From the NCBI RefSeq assembly GCF_963921235.1, contig NC_086097.1:97714001-97778000 (forward strand): a DNA stretch of 64,000 bases. The letters run 5' to 3'. Of the stretch, positions 25,801 to 40,800 are shown piece by piece. The notes under the pieces were generated by a model. It worked only from the letters and a program-made list of their open reading frames with translations. It was not told the origin of the DNA and searched no databases. Source of the stretch: Mobula hypostoma (Eukaryota). The translations under genes were made by a program, and so were the position numbers. Position 1 is the first letter of the stretch; each line of letters begins with the position of its first letter.

Positions 25801-28800
25801 AGATGATATTCCTGTTCCTGCTGGAATGGAGGAAGGGGAGCTGGGAGAATATAGAAGAAAACTGTTGTCATTCTTGGAAATCTCAACATATTATCAGCCT
25901 AGTAAGCTTATCAGTGACTTTCCATTTGATGGTGAGTGGTTAATAAGCACAGCTTGCATTGCTTTGGTGAAATATTATGTGCAGATGGCCTTTTGTAGTT
26001 AACAGAATTGTGTTAGGTTTATGAAAATAATTTGCCCAAGTTTTCCCAGACGTCTGCCAGATGTTAAAGTGCTTAGATTGTAATTTCCATCACTTCCTTG
26101 TAGTTTCCTGAAAGTGGAAAACGGCAAAAGGTATTGCAGTCTCAAAGCATGCTGATGACACCCAGGGCCATGTTCCAACCTCTCCCTGTTTCTGGTCCAG
26201 TTGACATCCCCTTCCCTCCAGCCCAGGAGCTGAGGACTCCCCTGAGAGCCCTGATACTCAAAACCTGAGCTAGTGTTCAGGTAATTGGAAGTTGCTGTGA
26301 TCATATGATAGCAACGACAGTCACTGAGACTGGAATTCAGCATAAATGCATACTGTGCAATATTTATAGACCTTTTATCTGAACATGATATTGGAGGATA
26401 AAAAATATTTGATAAAGATGGCAGTCATTAATGTGCAGACAACTTCTTGCACAAGTAAACATACATCTAACAAAGCTTAGATTTGAGATTTGTGTGTACT
26501 GATTTGGAGATGGGCCTTGGTGAGGATTGAACTGCATACCTAGTAAATCTGCTCCATAAGCTTGTACTTTCCCTCATAAAATCTTGCTACACTAGGTGCA
26601 ATAACATTTAAAATTAATATACATATGAGCTTATCCAGACATTGCCCAGCTACAGTCTGTCATATTTGATTTCCTTTTTCAACAAGCTCTTATGAATATA
26701 GTTTGCATATTAATCACTATCTTGGATAAAGTAAGAAAATTTCCATTTATTTGCAAAACTTTGCTTTCATTTCCCTGGGTATTCTTGTCTAAATTTCATT
26801 ATAAAATCCTGCTTGCATATTTACCAAATATGCTACATAGGACAATAGTATACTATATTTGCATACTTCCAGTTGAGGTAGTGTTGAAACACAGCAGCCT
26901 TGAGATTCCATCCCTTAACTCCTAACTGTGGAGGTATTGTCTGAGAGTGCGGTCAGGGAGAAGATGAACAGCTTGCTACCGATACACATTTCACAACTGA
27001 AAAATTGGAATACTGGACCTTCATTGAGGTTGTGCACTCTAATATAAGGGCTCTTCCATATAAAGCCATCACATAAAGCAGGGGTTCTTAACCTTTTTAA
27101 CACCATAGATCCTTATGGCAGTCTGGTGAACCCATGGACCCCTTCTCAGAATAATGTATTTAAATATATAAAATAGAGTATATAGGACTGCAAAAGAAAC
27201 TAATTATGTTGAAATACAGTTATCAATGTATTTTTAAAAAACAGAGGAATGGAAGTGTGCTTGATAAATCATATTTCTACATTTTAGGATTGCTAGAGGA
27301 GCGAGCTCTGCTCATGGGCCAAATGGGTCTACATGAACAAGCCCTTTTTATTTATGTCCATGTACTGAGGAATATCAAAATGGCAGAAGAGTAAGTATAT
27401 TCTCAGAAATCATTATTCTGAGCAATGAACGCGCTTGGCTGTCCTTCTGTATAATTGGCTGTCCACCAGGTAGTGGCAAGGTGAGCCCACCACTTCAACA
27501 AGTACAGTTATGCACGTGTACTTGGGTAGGAGGCTAGGGAGCAGAGACCGCAGGGACTTTGCAGAGGTGGCAATGAAATTTGGACTTGTTTGAATCCCAA
27601 ATTCTGATGGAATGTGAAATCTAGTGAACCAGTGAAGAACATCAAGAGGCGTAAACCTAAGAGCATTGGTTTTATCAGTTTGGCTGGATGAGAATCAGGT
27701 TTATTATCACCGGCATGTGACATGAAATTTGTTAACTTAGTAGCAGCAGTCCAATGCAATACATAATCTAGCAGAAAGAAAAAATAAATAAATAAAACAT
27801 AATAATAAATAAACAAGTAAATCAATTATGCATGTTGAATAGATTTTTTTTAAAGTGCAAAAACAAAAATACTATATATTTTTTTAAAAAGTGAGCTAGT
27901 GTCCGAAGGTTCAATGTCCATTTAGGAATCAGATGGCAGAGGGGATGAAGTTGTTCCTGAATCACTGAGTGTGTGCCTTCAGGCTTCTGTACCTCCGACC
28001 TGATGGTAATAGTGAGAAAAGGCATGCCCTGGGTGCTGGAGGTCCTTAATAATGAACACTGACTAGATTTACAACCTTCTGCAGCTTCTTTCGATCCTGT
28101 GCAGTAGCCCCTTCGTACCAGACAGTGACGCAGCCTGTCAGAATGCTCTCCACGGCACAACTATAGAAGTTTTTGTGTGTATTTGTTGACACGCCAGATC
28201 ACTTCAAACTCTACTAATAAAGTATAGCCGCTGACTTGCCTTCTTTATAACTACATCGATATGTTGGGACCAGGTTAGATCCTCAGAGATCTTGACACCC
28301 AGGAACTTGAAGCTGCTCACTCTCTCCACTTCTGATCCCTCTATGAGGATTGGTATGTGTTCCTTCATCTTACTCTTCCTGAAGTCCACAATCAGCTCTT
28401 TCGTATTACTGATGTTGAGTGCCAGGTTGTACTGTGGCACCATTCCACTAGTTGATATATCTCACTCCTGTACGCCCTCTCGTCACCACCTGAGATTCTA
28501 CCAACAAAATTGGGTTATGCCTGGAAAATTGTGTCCATATCAGAACAAAAATGGTGAGTTTGCAGTGATTTGCTAATATGGGAGGCTCTGGAAATACACT
28601 CACTTTTCCTGTGCCCCTTTAGTCTTCATACCTCTTTAACTGTTTTTCTTAGTATTAGACTACATTCGTTTACTAATGAAATACATCAGTGTAACTAAGT
28701 GATTCATAAGTGTTTATTTTCAAATCTTAGATTGTTCATAAGCAGAGGACTAGTTAATGTGTTAAATTTGGAGAAGATAAATGTTCAATTGCATTAATAA

Positions 28801-31800
28801 AATTATCAGATTACCATCTCTAAATACAGCAGGGAGACATTTTAGTGTAAAGTAACAACCGGTTCTATAACACTCCCAATATACACTGGTTCACTGATAA
28901 TTCAGGATCTTTAATGAAACAAACATGAAATATAGCCTTAGCAGTCCTGTTTCAGTGGCATAAACACGAGATTCTGCAGATGCTGCAAATCCAGAGCAAA
29001 CATGAGGAATTGGGTAGGTCAGGCAGCATCTATGGAAATGAATACAGTTGAAATTTCAGGTTGAGATTCAGTCAGGACTGGAAAGGAAGTGACGTGAATG
29101 CTAGAATAAGAAGGAGGGCAAGCTAGAAGGCAGTAGGTTCAGCCTGGTGGGTAGGGAAAGGAGGATGAAGTAAGAAGCTGGGAGGTGATAGGGGAAAAGG
29201 GAATCTGATACGAGAAGAGAGTGGACCATGGGAGAACGGGAAGGAGGAGGAGCATCATTGGGAAGTGATAGGCAGGTGAGGAAAAGGGGTAGGAGGCCCT
29301 CCCCACTAATCTCCCTCCTAGCATTTATCCCTGCAAGTGGCAAAATGGCAAACTACCCATTCACCTCCTCCCTTACTTCAATTCAGGACCCCAAACAGTC
29401 TTCCCAGGTGAGGCAACCTGTGAATCTGTTGGGGTCATCTATTGTATTTGGTGCTCCCAATGTAGATTTGGGAGTCTTTGTCAAGCACCTCTGTTCCATC
29501 TGCAGAAAGCAGGATGTCCTGGTAACCAACCAGTTTAATTCCTTTGCCCATTCCCATTCCAAGATATTGGTCCATGGCCTCCTCTCTGCCATGATGAGGC
29601 CACCGTCAGATTGGAGGAGTGACACTTATATTCCATCAAGGTAGTCTCCAGGCTGATAGCATAAATATTGATTTCTCCAGCTTCCAGTAATTTTTCCTCT
29701 TCCCTCTTTAGTTCTCCACTCTGGCCTCTTACCTCTTCTCCTTACCTGCCTATCACCTCCTTTCTCCAATGGTCTCCTCTTCTCTCCTGTCAGATTCCTT
29801 CTTCTCCAGCCCTTTACCTTTTCCATCTATCACCTCCCAGCTTCTTACTTCATCCTCCCTTCCCCACCCACCTAGCTTCATCTATTACCTTCCAGCTTGT
29901 CCTCCTTCCCGTCCCGCCACTGGCATCTTCCCCCTTCCTTTCCAGTCCTGATGAAAAGTCTTGGCCTGAAATGTTAACTGTGTATTCATTTCCATAGATG
30001 CTGCCTTGCCTGTCAGCATTTTGTGTCTATTTCACTAGCATCCTTTGTGTCATTTCCCAATGGAACCTGATGGAAATGCTGTGCCTTTCTCTCTACATTT
30101 AAACAAAAATAGTCACGTGGCAGTAGTTGTCTTGGATCCTCCTGATGTGGTGAGCTGTGCTCTCATGACGTGGAGCTGTTTGGAGGGAAGAAGAATGAAG
30201 AAGAGCATGCAGAAGAGATTTACAAGGCTGTTGCTTGGACTGAGTTATAGGGAGCGGTTGGCCATGTTGAATTTATACTTCCTGGAGCGCAAGAGAGTGA
30301 GGCATAATTTTATAAACCTCTTGGAAGTTTATAAAATCAGCCATAGTTTTTTCTCAGGATTGGGGAGTCAGAAACTAGAGGGCACAGATACAGGGCATGA
30401 GGGGAGAGATTTAAAAGAGACCTAAGAGATAACTTCTTTACACAGAGGATAGTGAGTACATTGAATAAGCTGCCAGAGGAAGGGGTTGAGGCAGGTACAA
30501 TTGCGACATTTGAAAGGGATTTGGATGGGTACATAAAGGAGAGTGGCTTGGAGAGTTCAGGGCACGGGGACTAGCAGGGAGAATGCTGTGGTTGGCAAGG
30601 ACCATTTGGGCTGAAGGGCCTGTTTCTGTGCTATATTACGCTCTGATTCTCTGAATTGTGATCCACAAATGAAAGCATATGAACAGATTATATTGAATAT
30701 TGTCAGGCATCTACTTAAATGTTTGTGTAGGAAGAGTGAAGTTGAAAGATATTTGCCGGGTTGATTTCTTTCAAAGTTTGTCCATTTCAGAAAATTGACC
30801 CTTAAGCTGGTTTTACTTGTATAGCCAAGCTGTCATACAAACTGTGGATAGAAAATGGGTTCCATTTTTGTAGAATTCATGAATCAATTTTGTCCATAAG
30901 TTGGAAAATACACAAAAATCATTCAAGATGGTAACCATATCTGCACAGCATTATAAAGAATGGCATGAAAAACACACAAGATTAATAAGAGAGCAGTTAC
31001 TAAACTGAAGAGAGGAAACTGGTTCTGTCATTAGGAACAGCTGTATGTAGAGCTTTGAATTTAATAATAATGGAAGTTGCTTGATACCGAAGTTGAATGT
31101 CATAATCTGTGTATAGCCTGTATCTTTAACGGACTTATTATTTGGTTTGAGATACTTTTGAGCACTTCTCTGATTTCAGATACTGTCACAAGCATTATGA
31201 CTGGAGCAGGGATGGCAACAAAGATGTGAGTACAAATGGTTCTAGTTCTAGTTGTAAGGAACTTAGCACTCCGTCTTCCTCTATGGCAGTGTGGAGCATG
31301 AGCACCAGAGATTATTGTTTTGCTGTGCTGAAGCAACGTTAACTAGTCCTTAGCAGATTGGAACTCAGACTACTTACCCCCACAGTTAGTGAACAGCTTG
31401 GTGCAGAACTTGTATGTTCAAGTCACCCCTTGGTTGACATTTTTCAAAACATTTTAAGTTCCAGGAGGGTATCAGAAGATTGGAAAACAGCTAATGTGAC
31501 CCCCTCCCCCCTTTGTTTAAAAAGGAAGGAAGATAGAAGTCTGGTTATTTTAACATCAATGGTTAGAAAGATGCTGGAGTTAATGAACAAGGCAATAACT
31601 AATTATTTATGAAAGCTGAATATAATCAAACATAATCAATATGGTTTTATGAAAGGTAACTCATATTTGACAAACTTCCTTCAATTGCTTGTGGATATGA
31701 TGGAGAGTTGTTAGAGAGGAACCATTAAGTATAGTGTATTTAGATTTCCAAAAAATCATTTGACAGGGTGCTGCATAAGAGGCTCGCTTATAAATTAAGA

Positions 31801-34800
31801 GCCCAAATTATTGGAGGAAGTGGTAGCATGGATTGAAATCTGTAATGTTGAAAAAATTGGAATAAATGGGTCCTTTTTAAGCTGGACCCCAAGGATCCAT
31901 TTTTAGTGCTGAATCATTTACTAATAACCTGGAAGGGGAACAAAGGTAAGATTTCCAGATTTGCCAGTGATAAGAAAATAGGTGAGAAGGGCATGTTGTA
32001 ATGGAGACATTGCAATTCCGCAACAGGATTTAGCTAGGTTGAGTGATTGGGTAAAAATCAGCAACAAATGCAGATGCTGGCAATCTAAACTGAAAACAAA
32101 ATGCTGCATCCGTGGTACAAGGGAACGACTGAACATTTCAGATCAAAGACTCTTCATCAGAACTGGGAAGGAAAGTGAAGAAGTGAGAACATAAGCAGAA
32201 GAATGTAAGTGCAAAGCAGGGAAACATGTCCAGTAGGTCAACTTGGGCATGTTCTCCACTCCCACAGAGGTAAATAAAAGTAGGGGAAAAGACAACAAAC
32301 AGACTGGGTCAATATCACAGATGGACAACCAATATCTGAAATCACATTGTGGAATTCATTACTGAGTCAAGAAAGCTGTATGGTAGTGAGGTGATGTTCT
32401 TAATGCTTGCATTGGGTTTCATTATAATATTGATTGGATGAAAACCTGGTGAGAATGTCATACGTTTGGGTGAGAGGAATCAAAGCTGAATTAGTATCTA
32501 AATGGAGAGAATCCAAAATCAGATTTATTATCACTGAGTTGTACGACATGAAATCTGTTGCTTTGTATCAACTGTACAGTGTGAAAACATAAAATCAGTA
32601 TAAATTACTAAAATAAATAGTGCAAAAATGGTATAAAAGGAAGGCTTGTCCTTCCATACATTCATGTTACACCCATCATCTACTTGTAAACCTGCTGGCT
32701 CTTCCTCAGCTCTATCATACTGGTTCCCATCCTCTTGCCATATTAGTTTAAATCACTCCCAACAGCTCTTGTAAGCCTGCCCACGAGAATATTGGTCCCC
32801 CTCGGATTCAAGTGCAACCCATCCCTTTTGTACAGGTCACATCTGCCTCAGAAGAGGTCCCAATTATCCTGAAAGCTGAATCCCTGCTGCCTGCTTCAAT
32901 TCTTCAGCCACGCATTTATCTGCCACCTCATTCTATTCTTGTCCTCACTATCGTGTGGCACAGACAGCAATCCCGAGATGACTACCCTTGAGGTCAGAAC
33001 CTCCTCCCTTTTTCTACCCATGTTGTTAGTACCGATATGTACCACGACTTTGGCTGCTCACCCTACCTTTTCAGGATACTGTGGATGTGTTCAGGAACAT
33101 CATGGATCACGGCACCTGGGAGGCAAACTCCCATCCATGTTTTCTTTATGCGTACACACAGTCATCTATTTGCCCCACTGAGTATAGAATTCCCTATTAC
33201 TGCTGCCATCCTCTTCAAATCCCTACCATACAAGGCCAGAGGCACGGCTACTGCTGCTCACCCCAAGTATGTCATCTTCCCCCCCTTCCCCCACAACAGT
33301 ACTCAAAACGAAATGTTTATTGTTGGGGGGGACAGCCATGGGTGCTTTCCACTGTCTGATGTTCCCCTTCCCTCTCCTTACACTCATTTATCTGTCTCCT
33401 TGTAGCCCTGGGGTGACTACCTCCCTGTAGCTCCTGTCTATCACTGCCTCACTTTCCCTAACAAGCCAAAGACCGTCGAGCTGCTGCTCCAGTTCCCTAA
33501 CCTGGTCTCTAAGGAGCTGCATCTTGATGCACCTGGTGCAGATCTGGCCACTGGGGAGGCTGGAAGTGTCCTGGAAATCCCACATCTGGCACCCAGAACA
33601 GAATACTGGCTCTGCAGACATACCCCTGTTCTCTCAGCAGTTAATTCAAAAGAAAAGAAATAAGGAATGAACTTATCTACTTACCTTGTCTCCATCTGTT
33701 CTCACCAAAGCCTCATGGAGCCAAAGTCTTACAACTCTTCACTCAGACTACTCCAATGACAACTGCTCCCACAATGACTGCCCCGCGAGGCGGTACCTCT
33801 CTTTTATAGCGACTGTGTTTTTAGAGCCAGACCTGTGCAGGGACGCTCCTGTTGTGTCTGTGCAGTTCTCCATTCAGAAATTTGATGGTGGAGGGAAGAA
33901 GCTGTTTCTGAATCACTGAGTTTGGATCTTCTGGCTGCTTTACCTTCTCCCTGATGATTGTAATGAGAGGGGGCATGCCCCAGATGGTGAAGGTCCATAG
34001 AGATGAATGTTCGAGTGCATGAATTCCACAGTGTTCACAGACAGATACAAGTAGTTAGTAAACAGCATCTTGGCTTCATTACGAAGGGGTTAGAGTTTTA
34101 AAAGCTAGGGATGTTTAGTTAAATTGTACAGGATATTGGTGAGGCCTTATTTGGAGTACTGTGCACAGTTTCAGTCCCCTTATTTAAAAGATGATATAGT
34201 GGAGATAATCCAAAGGAGATTCAGCAACCTAGTTCCTGGGATGAGAAGGTTCTCCTTTCAAGAGGGGCTGAAAAGTTTAGTTCTGTATTCTTTGGAGTTT
34301 ATAAAATGGAAGAGTAATTTTATTCAAAATATAAGATCTTACGGGCTTGACTGGTAAATGTTGAGATGTTTTCTTCAGCCACAGTGTTTTGAAAAAGGGG
34401 ATATAGTTACAAGATAAAGAGTCCAGTCATTTAAAATTGAGGTATATGGAAATTTCTATTCTCGGAAGGTAGTGAATTTCTGGAATTCTCTGCCCAGAGG
34501 ATAGTGAAGGCCAAATCATTAGAAATATTTAAGCTGATTTGAAAGGTGTAGCAAGTTAAGGGCTATGGAAAACTAGCATAAAACAGAAGATGAAACCAGC
34601 TTAGATCAGCCAAGTTCATATTGAATGGTGGGTCAGGCTTGAGGAACCTGATGGTTCTGTTTTCTTGTGTTCTTATGTGCTTCTTTGTTGCATTCACGGG
34701 ATAGAAATAAGTTCTTGTTGGATCTTCTTGGTGTTCACACAACACTGAATAGTGAATGGTTACCTGTTTCACTTTTTCAAAACATTATCTCTGTTTCATT

Positions 34801-37800
34801 TAGGTATACCTCTCTTTACTTCGTATGTACCTTTCACCACCTGACATTCATTGTGTGGGACCAATCCGAATGGAGGTACCAGAACCACAGGCAAACCTGC
34901 AGGCAGCACTGAGAATACTAGAGGTGCACCACAACAAGCTAGACACTACAAAGGTACTGTCAGGGTAATGTTATACTCAGTTGCAAATGTCAGAAATCTC
35001 AGCTGACTAAGGAAATTATTGCTCCAATATGCTTGTAATTCATATCTAGCATTGATTTTCAAATATGATTCAAGTTCTCACTGCCTCTGCCCCATTTGCT
35101 GCTGAGTGTGCCCACTCTCCTTAATTATGTGACCTAATATTTTTTAAGCATTTGACACTGATAAGAGCAACCTATCTGTAGTGAACATAAATATTTATAT
35201 ATACTCGATCTCCCATACATATATTTTTACACATAGAATACAGATCAGCTCAATTCTGTGTCTTTGTTTGACATTTGAGATGCTTATGCAATGAGGATAC
35301 TGCTGTTATAAACCTCAGTTTGATGAGCAGTAAATGTGTTCATTTCCCTAAACCTTACATATTATCTCTGTGGTGGTGTTCTGATTTTCGGTCCTCGTGT
35401 ATCACTTCAATTTCAATACCTAGATAATCTGTTGTATGCCTTTTATAGATTACCTTTAAGTTTATTTATGTTAACGGAACATGCTGATGATCTATGTACT
35501 TTATCAGATTAATCAAAAACACAACAGGTTCTGCAGATGTTGCAACATACAAAATGCTGGGTGAACTCAGTAAGACAGGCAGCACCTACGGAAGGGAATA
35601 AACAGTCAACATTTCAGGCCAGTACCCTTCATCAAGACTGGAAAGAAAGGGGAAGAAGACAGAATAAGGCAGCGAAGGGAGGAGAAGAAATACAAGCTGG
35701 TTGGTGATTGGTGAGACCAGGTGAGGGGGAAGGGTGATAAAGGAAGAAGTTGGGATAGGATGAGTGAAAGAGGTAAAGATTTGAAGAGGAGTTTCTAAAG
35801 CGTGTCATTTTTGTGACCCAATGAGAAAGGTGGTTTTACTGGACTGAAAGGAAAGGGGGAGACGGTGGTGGGAGGGGAAGGAGTGCAAACAGGTGAAACC
35901 AGAGGGGAGGTGATAGGAAGAAGAGATGAGGGCTGAAGAAGAGGATTATAATGGGAGGGGGCAGTGGACCGTGGGAGAAAGGGAAGGAGGAGGGACACCA
36001 GAGGGAAGTGATAGGCAGGTGAGGAGAAAAGAAGGGGTAAGAGGGAGCCAGATTGGGAACAGAAAAAGGGGGAGGGGGAGAAATTACTGGAAGTTAGAAA
36101 AATCAATGTTCATACATTCATACCATCAAGTTGGGCATTGCCCAGACGGAAAATGAGATACTGCTCCACTACCTGAGAGTGGCCACATTATGAGTAGAGG
36201 AGGCCATCGACCAACATGTCAGAATGGGAATGGAAGTAGAATTAAAGTGGTTGGCCTCCAGAAAATTCTGCCTGTTGTGTGCAAACGGAGCCAAGGTGCT
36301 TGAGGATGCTCTGGGTAGTCTCCAACCTGACAGCATAAGCATCAGTTTCTCTAACTCATAGTGATTTCACTCCTCCCCTACCATCCACCTTCGCTCTTTC
36401 CAATCTTTCCATTCCCCAATCTGGCTTCCTTTTTACTCCTTCTCTTCTCCTCACCTGGCTGTCACCTCACCATGGTGCCCCCCCCCACCCATCCTTTCCT
36501 TTTCCCCATGGTCCACTCTCCTCTCCTAACAGATTCCTTCTTCACCAGCCCTTTACCTTTTGCATCTATCGCCTCCCAGCTTCTCAGTCCATCCCGCTCC
36601 CTCATCCACCCACCTTCTCCCTCTCCTGGATTCGCATACCACCTGCTATCTTGTACTCCTTCCCCTCCCTCCTTGTCACCTAATGCTCACTTTTTGGTCT
36701 ACTGAGCTCACCAGTGTTTTGTGCGTGTTGCTGTTTATCAGTTTAAATGTGTTTTAATTTCTGTTCACAAATAAAGGTATATGGGCTGTGTATACGCTCG
36801 TTAAAAAAAACATGCACAAGAGGCTATTATTTAGATACACCCAGGAAGAAATTATCAAGAATAATATTTTATTTGTCTTGCAAGGTTGAATTATTGCTGC
36901 TTTCTTACATGCTATGGATGCATTAAACTCCAGTATTTATATGATTGATGGTATACTGTATATACACAATAGAAGCTAGTTACAATTACTATAAAAACAC
37001 CAAAAATAGTTTTCAGATCTTTACCTGAAAGGAATTCCACTAATCCAATCAGCCACAGTTCGTGAAGTGCATGTCAGCAACCTGTCCATTTATTAGCCCC
37101 TTAGAATTGAGTCTCAAACTGAGATAATCCAAAATGTTCTGGGTAAGGCTAACACCTGTCAGCAAGGGTAAGCTTTGATGAAGCTCTCTAACATTTCATT
37201 GTGAGTCCTTCGCACATAAAATGACTGCTTGCTATATAGTAGAATGGGTATTACACCAAAATAAAACATTGGGTTTGGTTATAGTAATAGAGCAACATTT
37301 CACACTGTTTACAGGTAGGATTGTTTTGATTCTTTCCGTAATGTTCCATAGGCTTTGAATCTGCTTCCTGCCAACACACAAATCCGGGAGATTCAGGTAT
37401 TTCTGGAGAATGTTCTTGAAGGAAATGCTCAGAAACGACGCTCCAATCAAGTTAAGAAAAGTCTTCTTCATGCTGAATTCCTTCGTGTAAGTCATTAGAT
37501 CTTGAGTGCAAAATAATCAAAGTATTGCTTCAAAGTATTCCATATGCATGATGAAAATGAGGTATCCTAACCAACACAGTGATAAAATAAGTTAATTTCC
37601 TGCTGATGCATCATTTTCAAGTGGATCAAACAATATCTTTCTGAATGGATCCATAATAGCTGAAGTTGGCTGTAGTATAGCTGAAATTAAATACCTTTTC
37701 TATGCATGAGATCAGGAAGCACATGTTAAAGGCCAGGCATTCCCAATCAGATGCAGAAGGAAAGTTTTTAAAGTCCTATTCCAGTGACCTAGTCATCCTT

Positions 37801-40800
37801 TTACAGTAACCCATTACAAAATACAAGTCATTCATTCAAGACTAATTTCAGGAGAATGAGTCTCTGACCACAGGGCTTCCATGAAGAGTGATTTTGGGCA
37901 AAGAACTATGTCACACTATTGTATCTAATTTGACCATCTCATCTGAAGATTGTGCTAGTTGACTCATACAAAGTGGAGAAAAATTGTCTTATTGAAGTGA
38001 AAAGAGATAGGCTGGTTTGGAAGAGTGATAGTCTGCATTCACTTTGCAATCCCTAACTTTGAAGTGTTTGGTGGTTAAAAGGTTTCCACATAGAACATAA
38101 GAAACAAAAACAACGATAGGGACAATGAATCTTTTGCTTTGGAGCATCTTATAACAACTGTGCTCAGATCTTTTGCTGACAGGTAAACTGGCTAGACTGT
38201 CAGGTAACTTGCCCTTGAAGCATATTCCTTAAGGTCTCTGGCACTATCTTCCACTGAGAAGCAACTTGCCAGATGACTAGTAAGGCTTAGTATCATGCAG
38301 AAACTTTCTGATTACAGGTGACCCCCATATTACTGTTATTCTGGTAATAGAAATGCCCCCTCGTGGAATTTGTGAAGGAAAAGGAAATAAATACAACTTT
38401 TTTTAATTGGCTGCATTGTGGGGGAGTGGTGGGAGAGACTGGAATTGTTGATATTATGTCAACTTTATGAAAGGTAACATACATAAATGCAAATTCCATT
38501 CTTCATTATTTGATAGATCCAAGAGCAGAGGATTTACCATCAGGAGGTGAAATGCATCATTACTGAAGAGAAAACTTGTCGAGTCTGCAAGAAAAAAATA
38601 GGAAACAGGTTTGATCACTAGATATCTGCCCTTAAATATTTATTGAACACTTAAATATTTATATTTTTTGTGTTCAATAGCTATATATTAAAAATAAATT
38701 TATAATTACAGTTAAATATTTATTTATTAAAGTTAAGTAATTAAGCTTGAAGTTACTAATTTCTCCTCAGCAAATGATACTTTTTGTTCTGTAACCATTT
38801 AAGCTGTGAATAACACCCAAATAAGCTCCATGGATTTTTTCTTGTGAACTTATCCCAAAGATCAACTTGTGCAGTATAAGATCAAGGATGAAACTGATAG
38901 TCAAGGCTACAACTAACCATGGATGATGAAGAACTAGAGACAATGAATTAAGAGCACTGGATTAGAGGTTTACTGCACAGGCTTTAAAGGTTCAACTTTT
39001 CTGTTGTGCATAGACCTTTCAATGTCCCCACAATTGCTCAAATAACTTAAGAGTGAAGGTTCTAAATTCAAGGATTGTCAGTTCTACAAAATTGAGAAAT
39101 GGACTAGCAGAAATGGACTTGGAAAAACTTGAAGGTGAATTAATCTCAGGGTGATAGAATACTTCCAATGGGTTCCAATGGGTTATGTTTTCTACAAAAG
39201 CTGCCAAGTATAAAGCCTCCTTAAGTGATAACCAAAAAAAAACAACAAAGCTTATAACAACACACATCAAAGTTGCTGGTGAACGCAGCAGGCCAGGCAG
39301 CATCTATAGGACGAGGCGCAGTCGACGTTTCAGGCCGAGACCCTTCGTCAGGACTAACTGAAGGAAGAGTGAGTAAGGGATTTGAAAGCTGGAGGGGGAG
39401 GGGGAGATGCAAAATGATAGGAGAAGACAGGAGGGGGAGGGATGGAGCCGAGAGCTGGACAGGTGATAGGCAGAAGGGGATACGAGAGGATCATGGGACA
39501 GGAGGTCCGGGAAGAAAGACGGGGGGGGGTGACCCAGAGGATGGGCAAGAGGTATATTCGGAGGGACAGAGGGAGAAAAGAGAGTGAGAGAAAGAATGTG
39601 TGCATAAAAAAGAGTAACAGATGGGGTACGAGGGGGAGGTGGGGCCTAGCGGAAGTTAGAGAAGTCAATGTTCATGCCATCAGGTTGGAGGCTACCCATA
39701 CGGAATATAAGGTGTTGTTCCTCCAACCTGAGTGTGGCTTCCTCTTTACAGTAGAGGAGGCCGTGGATAGACATGTCAGAATGGGAATGGGATGTGGAAT
39801 TAAAATGTGTGGCCACTGGGAGATCCTGCTTTCTCTGGCGGACAGAGCGTAGATGTTCAGCAAAGCGGTCTCCCAGTCTGCGTCGGGTCTCACCACACTT
39901 CACCGCACCTTGTCCCCATTCCAACCTCACTCCTTCGGAACGCTCTGCTCTCCACTCCCTCCGCACTAATCCTAACATTATTATTAAACCCGCTGATAAA
40001 GGGGGTGCTGTTGTAGTCTGGCGTACTGACCTCTACCTTGCCGAGGCACAGCGACAACTCGCGGATACCTCCTCTTATTTACCCCTCGATCGTGACCCCA
40101 CTAAGGAGCACCAGGCCATTGTCTCCCACACTATCAACGACTTTATCCGCTCAGGGGATCTCCCATCCACTGCTACCAACCTTATAGTTCCCACACCCTG
40201 CACTTCCCGTTTCTACCTCCTACCCAAGATCCACAAACCTGCCTGTCCTGGCCGACCTATTGTCTCAGCTTGCTCCTGCCCCACCGAACTCGTTTCTGCA
40301 TACCTCGACACTGTTTTATCACCCCTTGTTCAATCCCTTCCGACCTATGTTCGTGACACTTCTCACGCTCTTAAACTTTTCGATGATTTTAAGTTCCCTG
40401 GCCCCCACCGCTTTATTTTCACCATGGATGTCCAGTCCCTATGTACTTCCATCCCCCATCAGGAAGGTCTCAAAGCTCTACGCTTCTTTTTGGATTCCAG
40501 ACCTAATCAGTTCCCCTCTACCACCACTCTGCTCCGTCTAGCAGAATTAGTCCTTACTCTTAATAATTTCTCCTTTTGCTCCTCCCATTTCCTCCAAACT
40601 AAAGGTGTAGCTATGGGCACCCGTATGGGTCCTAGCTATGCCTGCCTTTTTGTTGGGTTTGTGGAACAATCTATGTTCCGTGCCTATTCTGGTATCTGTC
40701 CCCCACTTTTCCTTCGCTACATCGACGACTGCATTGGCGCTGCTTCCTGCACGCATGCAGAACTTGTTGACTTTATTAACTTTGCCTCCAACTTTCACCC

